A stretch of DNA of 64,000 bases, from contig NC_043009.1 in the NCBI RefSeq assembly GCF_006345805.1, positions 56,296,001-56,360,000 of the forward strand, given 5' to 3'. The notes under the pieces were generated by a model. That model had not been told where the DNA came from. It worked only from the letters and a program-made list of their open reading frames with translations, and ran no database searches. This stretch comes from Octopus sinensis. Its lineage: Eukaryota. Of the stretch, positions 11,649 to 24,500 are shown one piece after another. A program made the position numbers and the translations under genes. Position 1 is the stretch's first letter. Each line of letters opens with the position of its first letter.

Positions 11649-12587
11649 TTAGCTTTTCTTCTGTTTTTGTTTACGTTGGTCTGACATTTCTGTCAACCTC
11701 TTATCTAACTTACTTTGAAGACGAGCACTTTTAACTGCATTTGGTAATTTGCTAGGAACACCACTTCCGCTATATATGACACCATCACGAGAGATTATTT
11801 TACGAGCTTGAGCTTTTATCTCAGCTCCACAACCGTGAATTTCTGGCATGCTGTGAGATATACAATAATGAAGCCTGCAAAATTCACAGTGTATACGCAG
11901 TACATGGGTCTTTTCTTTACATTTAGGGAAACTGCATTTATTATTTACTTCCATAGCTGCTGATATTAAAGCATCAAAGTCATCTGGATCGACACTGTTT
12001 AGAGCCTTTGTCATCTTATCAGATTTGGCTTTGACTTTGGGCATTTGTGTTGGTTTAGAAGTCTTAGTGTTAGGTTTTTTACTCTTGGAACAATGAAGGA
12101 TATGCAAGTCATAATTGCTTTTTAAAATTTGCCGTGAACAGTAAGAACATGTTTCAGTGTCCTCTGCAGGTTTATCAAAATCAAAAACCGGCACTGATTT
12201 ATTTTGTTTCTTTACTTTCTTTGTTTTTTTATTCTGTTTTTCTTTCATAAGTAGTGATTCATCCAACAACTCACTTGAATCAATAGATATTGCTTGGTTT
12301 GTTGTTGAATCAATAGACATTGCCTGGTTTGTTGTTGAATCAATAGACATTGCCTGGTTTGTTGTTGTATTATCATCACAGTTAGAGGAAGAAACAGTAG
12401 ACATTCCTGTACAGCTGTCTACAAGTTCGTTATCTATAGGTTCATTATCAACCAAGTCTTTGGAAGAATCATTTTCAAGTGTATCACTATGGCTAATTAC
12501 TTGCTCATTATTTGATTTTTTAACAACTATTTGTCTGTCCTTGCCTTCTCCTTCACTGATATGTATCAAACCCAATTTGTTGGCTAT
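11649..12587 (-). CDS. IGHMBP2: IGHMBP2 exon 16 (R3H C-half, low-complexity linker, C2HC finger, AN1 finger, basic tail)
   Basis: ttcag|ata acceptor; ORF track 11649-12575; AN1 CSFPKC...[20 protein letters not shown]. Confidence 0.93.
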   Translation of the reverse strand: MANKLGLIHISEGEGKDRQIVVKKSNNEQVISHSDTLENDSSKDLVDNEPIDNELVDSCTGMSTVSSSNCDDNTTTNQAMSIDSTTNQAMSIDSTTNQAISIDSSELLDESLLMKEKQNKKTKKVKKQNKSVPVFDFDKPAEDTETCSYCSRQILKSNYDLHILHCSKSKKPNTKTSKPTQMPKVKAKSDKMTKALNSVDPDDFDALISAAMEVNNKCSFPKCKEKTHVLRIHCEFCRLHYCISHSMPEIHGCGAEIKAQARKIISRDGVIYSGSGVPSKLPNAVKSARLQSKLDKRLTEMSDQRKQKQKKS

Positions 12588-15500
12588 CTGAAAAAAATAA
12601 CAACAAAAAGAATTTAATTTTAGAATAAGCTTATATATATATAATTATTCTAAAAATAAATTTATTTTGATAAATCTAATATAGATAATATTCTTGCATT
12701 TTGGTAATATTAGTTTCACAGTTTCTTTTACAGATTTTATACTTTAAAAAAGTATAAAATGAGCGTTGGTTTGTCATCAAATTCACAAATGAACTGTATT
12801 GATTCCTATGTTATAGATTCATAACAAGATTGATTCAATGAAATACAAAAATAGTGTTTCAAATAACAAAAATGACACTACTAAAATGCAATATGTTTTA
12901 ACACAAACTGTTTTTCAAAAACATCAATAAAAAAAAAAACAAGAAAAACTTGAAATATTTTTCCTTACTTCATGCACCAGCATTCTTTCAAAAGAATTCA
13001 GTGTAGATGGGAAAATTTTCACAGTTTCCTCAGAGTTTTTTGAGAAATCTGTGAGAGTTTTATGCAGTTCATTATGTCGTTTCGCATCCTTGTCGGCTTT
13101 AGACATTTTGCTGAAATAATAAAAAGTAAGAACTGTAATCCAAACTAATGAGCAGATGAACCACAATCCTCACAGACAAGGAACAAAGACACAAACTCTC
13201 CTGGGTCACTAACAGCAAAGGAATCAGTGGAGTGGACATGAGATGTTTTGGTACAGCTATGTTGACACCACCTATCTGACGTCACTGATTCAATGTTGAC
13301 TTATTTGATACCAAGCATTTTAATGTTTCTCTTGTTCTCCCCACCTCTGTCTATGTGTAAGCATATTTCTGATTTTGTGTATGAGGAGAGGGAAAGTTTG
13401 TATTTCAATTGAATTCAATTAATAAATTGCATCCTCTCTCTTTATCTATATGTGTATACATACATTAATAATAACAGGGTAGGAAAAAATTTAGAAATTT
13501 TTACTACCAGTGGCCTAGCGTGTAGAAAAATTAGTCAATATACTATATATTATTCATATAAATACAGTGTATATTTAAACACATAAGAGGTATCCATCAT
13601 AGGATACCTATTTCTTTACTACCCACAAGGGGCTACACACAGAGGGGACAAACAAGGACAGACAAACGGATTAAGTCGATTATATTGACCCCAGTGTGTA
13701 ACTGGTACTTATTTAATCGACCCCGAAAGGATGAAAGGTAAAGTTGAACTCAGAACGTAGCGGCAGACGAAATACCACTAAGCATTTTGCCCGGTGTGCA
13801 AACGTTTCTGCCAGCTCGCTGCCTTCAAAGGATACCTGGCACACTACTGTATTTATATATGTATACATACAGATAGATAAAGAGATGTGTATATGTATAT
13901 GTCTGTGCATGTGTGTATGAGTTTGCCTCCAGTACCAAAAAGGAGCTTGACATGTCTTATTATGCACAGTGAATCACCAGAAGTCTGTCTCTTGTCATCT
14001 CCTCTGTGAGGCCCAAAGTTTGAAGGTCTTTTCTCACCACTTCGTCTCCTGGGTCTACCCTTTCCATATGTTTCTTCCACAATTAGAAATAAGCACTTCC
14101 TATTATTATTATCCAATTAATTAATCAAGTGTTTGATTAATCATTTTGCCAAGCAGTCAGTTAGCTAACTTTTGTGACTTGCACCTTTGTCAATGACATA
14201 CTTTCTCTACTCTAGGTCTGCTTCAAGTTTGTCTAACCCTATTTCAGATGTATTGTTTAACCCTTTAGTGTTTAAATCGGCCATATCCGGCCTGTTTTAT
14301 GTTCAAACTGATCATATTCGGCCTGTCACGCCTTACATACGATGCCATACTAAAAATAAGCAAGCACACCATTGAAATCTCAAAGCAATAAGATAATGAA
14401 TAATCCAAAACAATGTGAACAAATAAGCATAACAGTCAACAGAATAATCTGAACACTAAAGGGTTTAAAATTATAAACTTACTTCAAACACACAATATTT
14501 AATTATTTAAAATATGGAAGTGATTATGATTTTTATATTTGAAGAAAAGGGGAAATGAAGGATTAGACTAATGTTTTTTGTTTTCAAACCAAAATCTGAG
14601 ACAAACTACAGTCAAGTTTATAATAAAAAAAAAAAAAAACATGGGTCACTCCAAAATATAGAATTACAAGAAAATTTCACAGAAGTTTAAAATATATACA
14701 ATACTTTTGTTTTTCATCACATGGTTTGGGTTTTTTTCTGTTAGCATTTTTACCAATTTCAATGCCATTCATCATTTCCAATTTTCTTAAGGATGACCGG
14801 TCTACAATATCATCTGTTTAAAACAAAATTTTAAAAATTACAGTTCATATTAATTAAAAATTAGTTTAAGAGAGAAAAGAAAAAGAACCTAGAAAGATGC
14901 TTAAGATAGTTAATTGTTGATATTTTAATGAGTAATTTTAGACATTAAAATATAAACTAAAGAATTGAGTAACTAATAATTTCAACTTAGGATTCTTTAG
15001 ACTACATACAATAAATAATGAAAATAAAATTTTCTTTCGTAATTATGGAACTAATTATTAAACAATGTTCAATGATGACAATGCGTACAGTACATTTATT
15101 TGTTATTCTACTCACAAGAGAAGATCACTAATCACTATTCTTATTATTATCACCATTTTTTAACATCCACCTCCCATGCATAGATTAGACAGTTTGACAG
15201 GATCCAACATTCAAAGACTGAATAACACTCCAATATCTGTTCTAGTATTGTTTCTACAGCTGGATGCTCTTTCTAAAGCCAACCACTTTACAGAATGTAC
15301 TGAATACTTTTTTGTGTCACTAGCACTAGTGAAGTTGTCATGCAGCTTACAAGCCAAAGATCTCTTTTGATTGAAGAGAGGGAGGCAGCTTCGTGCTTGG
15401 AAATGAGAACTTCAATTATGAATGAAGGGGCCACAACAAAACAGGTTTCTTGTTGTTGAGGAGCTACATGTCTGCTCACATTTTGGAATAATCAGAGCGG

Positions 15501-18476
15501 AACATATTTGAAGGTGCATATTTTCAATTCATTTTAAAATAACACATTTTTCAATTTCTGTTTTTATTTGTGTTTTATTGATTTCAAAGCCTTGCCAAAG
15601 CAGTTACAATGTCTATGAATAATAAATAGTTGCCATATAAGATACTGTTTGATGTTCACACCATGTATCATTCTGCTTGACACCACATTTCATGTGCAAA
15701 GGTTTAGAATATGTTGGTCATATTAACTTAGATAATGTCAATACATAAATTCTAAGTCATCATGTTTGATTTGGCTAGGATTGTTATGACTGGTCACTCT
15801 TCCTATCGTAAAACCACAGACAGATTAAACAAGAGTATCTATGATAACAACAGAACTAGACAGATGTCTTACTAAATTAAAAATCCATTCTGGTTTACAT
15901 AGCTAGTATTTCATAGATGGCTATCATTGTTTGAAAAAGGACCAACCATTGGTAAGAAAAACATGTATAATATGAATGGATATTTAAGAAATGAAAAAAA
16001 AAATGAAAATAATAATACATTAGTAGTGATGACTGTATGGGAAGAAGTAGTGAGGTTCAGTTTGATAAAATAATCTTATACTTTAGAAGTGGGATGATGA
16101 AGGACTAAAATGAATGGGGGAAATATTCTATGTGGTTATTAAGGCACCATCAACATGTCCTAAGCTAATAAACATGTAGATATAACTAATATGGAACATA
16201 TAACCTTAGATATGTAGGCATAGGCATGGCTGTGTGGTGAAGAGGTACACTTCCTAACCATGTGATTTCAGGTTCAGTCCAACTGAGTATCCCTGGTGTG
16301 TGTGTGTGTGTGAGAGAGAGAGAGTTTATGTCTCCTAGTCATGACACCACATGATAATTGTAAACAAGCATTACTGTTACACAAGTGGTGTTGTTCATTT
16401 CTAGTCTTCTGTGAAAATATGTCCAGCCAAGGGGAAATATTACCTCGCTTGGAAATAAGGACAGATGGCTGTAGAAAATCTACCTCAACAAATTCTGTCT
16501 AATCTATGCAAGCATGAGAAAGTAAACACTGATGAGCAATGATAATGTCATTATTTGCATGAATACAAACCATTTAAATACTGATTAGCTGAATAAACAA
16601 ATCCTTTATCGAAGAAATGATCCATTAACGAAGAGAGAAATTTGTCGTGTCTCATAGTTTCACTATCACAAACAACAGTTAAGTGACGGCGGGCTCTTGT
16701 TACAGCTACATTTATACGTCTGCTTTCCGATAGAAAACCAACATCTCCTAGAAAATAAAAATGGAAAACATTTTTATGAATATATTTAAATTCTTACATA
16801 ATCATACAAATATGGTATATGCAACTGAAGCACTATTAAAATAACAATCTAATGAATCATACATAACATATATACACAATTAATAGGTCAATTACCACAG
16901 TATTTATTATGGATGTGCTATATTAAAAACACAAATATCATCAGATGGGAAATCATCTCAGCAGTGGTCAGCAAGAATGCAAGATGCATTTCGGTCTTTC
17001 CAAAGGACCAAGTGACCACTAGAAACATCAGAGAATGTTTTATTCATAGTTGAATACATTAAATATGAGAAAGTCTAAGAATGTGGACTGACTACAAGTA
17101 TGTATCATTGAAAAGATCCAAAAAAGATATACTGACTCTGATATTCTCACTGACCACTGCTGAGATGTCTCCTGATATTTATTGTTTTCAACACAGCATG
17201 ACTATAAGAGATGTTATCTCAGGATAAATACTGCAGTCACTGGCCTACCAACAGTGTATCTTTTACTTGTTTCAGTTTATTAGACTGTGGCCATGCTGGG
17301 GCACCACCTTGAAAATTTTTAGTTGAATCGACCCAACACATTTTTTGTAATGCCTGGTATGTATTCTAACAGTCCCTTTTGCCAAACCACTAAGTTACAG
17401 GGGTGTAAACACACCAGCACCAGTTGTCAAGTGGTAGTGGGGAACAAACACATGCACACACACATATACAACAGGCTTCTTTCAGTTCCATCTACAAAAC
17501 CCACTTGCATGGTAGTAGAAGACACTTGTCCAAGGAGTCAAACAGCGGGACTGACACCGGAAGTATTATACATTAAGTATGATACACAGATATACATTTT
17601 ATACACTTCTAAAATTATTGCAAATAATTATTAAAATCATAAGGTTTTCAAAATAGATACCAGATGTTTTTGAGATAATAATTCATAAATTTATATTTAT
17701 TACTGTATGTTTTATTTTGCTTTTAGAAGAAGGTGAAAGGGAATTTGAAAAGTTTGCTCACCTTTTTCATTTGACCTCACCAAGGAAATAACAACAGCTT
17801 CTTTCTCTCGGCCTTGGAAACCATCAACTGACTTTATTTCCAATTTTGGATAATCTGAACTCAATTTCAGTCGCAGTAATTCAACCTACAAAATATATAT
17901 ATATTTAGCTTAAGAACTGCACTCCATGTGGACTTTGAAGCTAGCTCCTGTGAAGGGCTAATTGGGCCTGCAGCCCAAAACTAAAGGGAGCAATAATAAT
18001 AATAAAGCATTTATTGGTACCCTACTAATATGGTATTACTTTAAATTCAGTTTAAATGAAAAACTTTTAAGTTCATGAATTTTTGGAGTTCTTTTAAAAT
18101 TTGAATTTTCAACTGTTAGAATATAATAAATCCTCATCTAGATCTGATCCCAATGCTGGATAGATTTTTCAATCATGGGACCATTCTGATTCCAAAATGG
18201 TATAATATGTCTATGAAGAGCAAATGTAGACTGAGATACAGGGGTCTCAGATGGACAAAGAGAATTTTGCATTTATTATTAGAGAGTATATTATATGTAT
18301 GCATATGTTTAAGGTGGAAATTGTTCATTATATTGTAATAACTTTGGAACAGTACTTTTTTTAATAATGATAACCAGCTGATAACATTAAACACCAGTTA
18401 TAATGATATTCTGCACAGTGATAACTAATAGCTTACACTGTTTGTGTGTGTGTATGTATATATGTGTGTGTGTGTG

Positions 18477-18515
<39 letters not shown>

Positions 18516-21500
18516 GTTATGGTGTCAATAAGACCCAAAGGTGTCAAGTAATGCTGAGTAAGTGCTATGGACAGACTATAGTTAAGCTCCAGGTTCGGTG
18601 ATTACACGAATGAGGAGTCTAACGTAGGTCATATATCAGCATGTGTATATATCAAAAAATTTTCAGAATGGAATAAAAATCCAAGGCTGTGGAAGATTTT
18701 AGAACATTTATAAATAGATCTTGCAGCTTTTCGAGGATACTTTTATATATCCCTTCATCGGAGAAGGTGTGAGAAAATGGTTAAGCAATAGATATGAAAT
18801 AGAGAGTGAAGTGGAGGAATGAAAATAGACGTGAGATATGCAGAGATATTGCATCTGTAGATCCATTATTTAGGCAGAATGGTATACATATAAGATTCCG
18901 CCTAAATAATGAATCTACTGATGCAATATCCCTGCATATCTCATGTCTATTTTCATTCCTCCACTTCACTCTCTATTTCATATCTATTGCTTAACCATTT
19001 TCTCACACCGTCTCCAATGAAGGGATGTATAAAATATCCCGGAAACAGCTGTAAGACCTTCTATTTATAAATGTTCTAAAATCTTTCACAGCTTTGGATT
19101 TTTATCTCATTCTGAAAATTTATATATATATATATACATACACATACATACACACACACAGTTGAAATATATCTTGCAAATATAATAACAAGAACAACAA
19201 TAATTACAAAATAAGCACAAGTTCAAAAATAAGGGGAAAAGTGTTGAATAGAATTGCCCTTACACTTTACTGATACTTTATTTTACTGACTCCAGAAGGA
19301 CACAAAACAAAGTTGATTTGGCAGGAACTGAACTCAGAACATAAAGAACCATTGCTACAAACCATAAAACATTTTGTTCCTGCTTTAACAATTCTGCAAA
19401 TCCATGACCTTTTTGAGGTATGTAATAACAGCAAAAAATGCAAAAAGAAATAAAAATATAAAAACATGTACATCTTAAGACAAATGTAGGATTCTAAGTA
19501 ATACCTGGAGGTTGTATGGTGCAATAACTGCAATTTCTTCAACTGAAAGACCACTAGATATAAGCTTCCTTACATGGTAATTAACAATTTCAGCCTCCCC
19601 TGTAGATGGAAAAAAAATTTTAAATACAGCATCATTCAAAATGAATGGTACAAAAATAAACATACATGTAACTGATGTAAGGAATATATTGCAAAGTGTA
19701 CAATTCATTTTGAATTAATTACTTTGTATAGTAAGAATACAAATATAATCTTTCAAGAATCACAAAGAACAGTGGTTCTCAACCATTTTTTGCCTATGGA
19801 CCCCTTTGATTCCTATTTAATTTGGATGGACCCTCAAGGCCATTTGATGTTTAAAAATTCCTTAGGAGTGGCTTTGTGGTAAGTAGTTTGCTTATCAACC
19901 ATATGGTTCCGGGTTCAGTTCCACTGCGTGGCACATTGGGCAAGTGTCTTCTACTATAGCTTCGGACCGACCAAAGCCTTGTGAGTGGATTTGGTAGACA
20001 GAAACTGAAAGAAGCCCGTCGTATATATGTATTACATCATTAGATACGTAGGCATAAACATGGCTGTGTAGTGTAGGGATTCACTTCCCAACTATATGGT
20101 TTCAGGTTCAGTTCCTCTCAGAGGTACCAACTGTTTTCTACAACAGTGCTGTGCAGGCCAAAGCCTTATAAGTGGATTTGGAAGATGGAAACTGAAACAA
20201 GCCTATTGTGAGTGTGTTTGATCATGTCTCTTTGTCTCAACATCACATGATAGTTGTAAACAAGCATCAGCAGCATGTAAGTGGTATCCTTTATTTCCAG
20301 TCTTCCATGAAAACATGTCCAACCATGGGGAAACATTAGCTTGCTTGGAAACAGGTGAGTGTAAGTGACAGGAAGGGCATCCGCCTGTAGAAAATCTGTT
20401 CCAACAAATTCTGTCAGACCCATGTCAGCATGGAAAAGGTGTTGAAATGATGATGATGATGGTGGTAGTGGTGGTGGTGGTGGTAACATTGCAGACAACT
20501 TGCTAGAATCTAATTACTTCCTTACATCAAATTATAACAAATTAAAGAAAAAGAAAAGAAAAGAAAAATTATGCAAACCTTCATTGCCCTTTGATATTTC
20601 TTCTGGAACTTCCAGTTCGGGCAGATTACAACCAGCAGTGTCAATCAATATTAGTGGTTCTGTGGTAAGTTCATTTTCTTCTATTCTTTCCAGATCCCTA
20701 AGAAAATTTATGAAAATGTTTTAACCCTTTTCTTACCATGTATAATAATTAATATAATATACAGTAACATCATTGAAACCATAAAAGCATTTTAAAAAGA
20801 AATTCAAATTTCATTAATATACTAACAGTGGTTCTTACTAAAATAAATGTTACTAGATATCTATAATAAGAACAGATATTCTTCAAACAATATCATAAAT
20901 CCTTACTTTAGAAGATGATTTTTAACAGAAGAATCTGCAATGAGTTCATTGTCATACAGCTGTTTTGATGACCATTCCATAATATGCTGATGCATTCGGT
21001 ACTGAGTGGCTAGCATTTTCTTCACTTGATTTCCATATTCCTTCAAGACTCTTTCCATCAGTGTTATCTCTAAACCTGCACTAGCTGCCCTTCAAATACA
21101 GAATAGAAAACAATTAGAAACAAAGAACCAAATACCAAATTGAAGCTTAATGAAGTGAAATTGCCCTAGCATGTAATCTCATACAACTTTAGTGCTAGGG
21201 ACATCTACTAAATTTTTGTATAAGAAATGACAATTTCTCAAGCTGGATTGCCATACTCTAAAAACACTTGATTCATTGTCCCTCAGACTCTCTGTATCCT
21301 CAAGGAATCTCTGTTTGTGAGAATGCATCAATACAAATTGCTGATTCCTACATACAGTATTTAGATATATAAATGAAACATAATGAAAAGCTGCCCTTTC
21401 AAAACACAATTCTCCATATCCATTCTATTAATACACCAACATCACACGAAATTATTTCTGCCTTAGTTGCTGAGCTCACATTCTGTAACTCTCAGAAGAG

Positions 21501-24500
21501 GTTAAGTCAAAGTGTGACCTTCTGTTCTAGACATGCATTCAGTTCTGCCCTTTGACCCCAGCAAACCAGAAGTTTCTCCCTCAGTAGATTTGAAACCCAG
21601 CAGTGTTCATGCGTTCCCATATTTATAATTATTATTCCAAGCCAGATTGTAAGGGCAGTGACACAATTTTCACAAATTTATATAACATCAACGTCACTGT
21701 CATCATTATATCTGCTTTTCTATGCTGGCATGGGTTGAAAAGGTTGCCACAGTTCAAGTCTGTTCTTATGCAATGTTACTACCCAACTAGAGAAGATGGG
21801 AGTTGTGCCTCACTCTCATGTTCCATTGTAGGCATCTTTCTACAACTGGATGTCCTTCTAATTGCCAATCACTTTACAGAGTGTACTGGGTGCACTTTAT
21901 CATACCACCAGCACTAGAGAGGTACTCATGTTCTTAACAAGACTAGAGCCCACTCTATTCAATGTTGTCTGTGACTATTCAAAGCAAATTTGACTGAGAG
22001 GAGGAATATGAATATAATGGTCAAGACATCCCTATTTCCATCACCACCATCTTACAGAAAAAAATTAAAATGTAAAATGTGAAAATACATACTCCTTTGA
22101 TATAATAGTTGGTGGAAGCTGGCAGTGATCTCCAGCCAAAACACATTTAGGAGCTCGAGGAATTGGTATCCAACAGGCAGCTTCAGTTGCCTAAAAACAT
22201 AGAAAAAATATTTTTATAAAATTTTAAGATTTGAATTAAATTAAAATATCAAAAGGATTTTAACAAATCCTTATAATATTGATTCTTAGACATAAAACAA
22301 CAAAGAACTTTTTCTTCTTTTTCTTTAACTTTCAGTCAGGAAGGAAAGCATTGCTCATGACCTGCTACAGGGCCTCCAAGACTGGTGGAAGAGAAGGACA
22401 AAGAGATATCCTCAAACCAGTAACCAGGCCTGAATTCTTGCAACAGAGTGGCCTTCACTAAAGACACCAAAGGTGCCAGGTAGTGGTGTTAAACTGGGCA
22501 ACAGATAGGCTATGGTGTGATTTGAATTCAGAATGCAAAGTGCTGGAACAGATATCACAAAGCATCTGGTCTGATACCTTCACTAGTCTGCGAATCCACA
22601 ACCTGAAAGGATAAAAGATGAAGTAGACCTCAATAGAATTTGAACTCAGCACTAGATACAGTCGAAAGCTTTGCTGATGTCAAGAGTAACAACAACACTT
22701 TCATCCAAGTTTGCAAAGTGTGAGGAATCTACTGAAGCATAGAAAATGAAGGTAGACTTTCTTAAATCAAATCCTTCTAAGAAGAAAAAGAGATTCTGAG
22801 TGACAAAAGAAATAATTGTTTATGACTGCCTTCATTATCTATAATATGTTACAAGCAGAAGGACCAGGTTTCACTTGGGTTATAAACTCATAGCCTTAGC
22901 ACAGTACCCTTTGCTTGTCGTGTAAGATTAGTGTATTTCTCAGAAAGTAATACTTACTTTTAACACTCAATGGTTTTACACTTCTGTACATTACATGCAC
23001 ATATTATTCATATAAGTGCTTCTTCATATACTCTGTTTCCTGTCTTGCCATGTTTATCACTGAGAATGTCAACTCTGGAACATCCAACATACAGCTGACC
23101 ATGTGAGAAACATGGTTGAAGGAGGTTAAGTTGAAACCTCAAGTCAGAATAACAAGCATAAATACTATAATGTTTCTATAGCAACTTATTGCCTCTACAA
23201 TAATACAGCTCCTCTATAACAATATTAATCTTCTTCAACAACATAATGCCTCTTTAACATGGTACTTCTACAACATAGTTCCTCAACAACACAGTTCCTC
23301 CACAACAATGCAGAGTCTCCGCAACAATAGTCATACAGTTGGCACAAAGTGAAAAATTGGGGAGAAATTTGATTAAATCAAATCCATTATTTACCAGGTT
23401 CTGATTCATTGACCTCAGAATGATGACAGAGAATGCTGACCAAAAAAGGATTCAAGCTCCAACTTAATCCCTTGATGCCGGTATTACCCAAAGCATGTGA
23501 GACACTGCTCCAGTTTTTTTTTATCTAATAAGGCCACACAAACACACAAGTGCCAATGAGCTCGCTTCTATTTATATTCACCGTTACAATAACATAGCAT
23601 CGTACATTTACGTCTACCGGTTTATGAAAACGGACTATGTGAAGCTATTTGTCATAATATGATATGCATGAGTTATTCTGCTCAAGTTAAAAAAATAACT
23701 TGATTGTGGTACAACTCAAAACACAGTATTATGCATGTAAAGTATCCGCATGGTCTACTGCTAGTCTCATGACTTGAACGTAACCTAAAATAGCTAAGAT
23801 AATGCACAGGAGGGCGAGCGCGCGCACCTCAAGAGATAAAGTACATGATAGCAAATGTAAACATACGTCAGCCGCTAAAAAGTCTGTGATAGATGTAGGG
23901 CAGCTCTACATCGTATATTTACGTTAACCACGGGTAGGCAAGCAAAACTGTGATCGCATATTTGCGTCAACCATTGTCAAGGGGTTAAGGAAATGAAGTG
24001 AAATGAAATAACAAAGCATTTTGTCAGCTTCTCTCTCTCTCTCTCTCAGGTCAATTATTCACCACCCTAAGAGGGGCATCAGGCCATAGAAAATCTGCCT
24101 CAACAAATTCTGTCTGACCATATAAACATGGAAAAGTGCACATTGAATGATAATGATGATGATGGCTATGTGATTGAGTTTTGGGTTCAATCTCACTGCA
24201 CAACACATTAGTAAGTTTTTTCTACTATAACCCTGAGCTGACTAAACCTTGTGAATGAATTTGGAAGACAGAAACTGAAAGAAACCCATTGTATAATAAT
24301 ACATACGTGTCTGTGCATGATTGCATGTGTGTTTTATATTTGCATCAGCACTTTTCAGAAAATCATGCAGGCATGTGGTATAAGAGATCTCATACTTGAA
24401 AATCAGATAAGGTTAGTGACAGGAAAGGGCATCTGGCTGTAAAATAATGCCTCACAAATATATTCACCTAACCCATGCCAGCATGGTAAAATGGACATAA

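Noticed and set aside
13589-13608. GGTATCC-atcata-GGATACC hairpin at a SINE end
   Set aside because: It is a 7-bp stem seen once and could be chance. Noted only because it overlaps the gaaataggtat SINE terminus.
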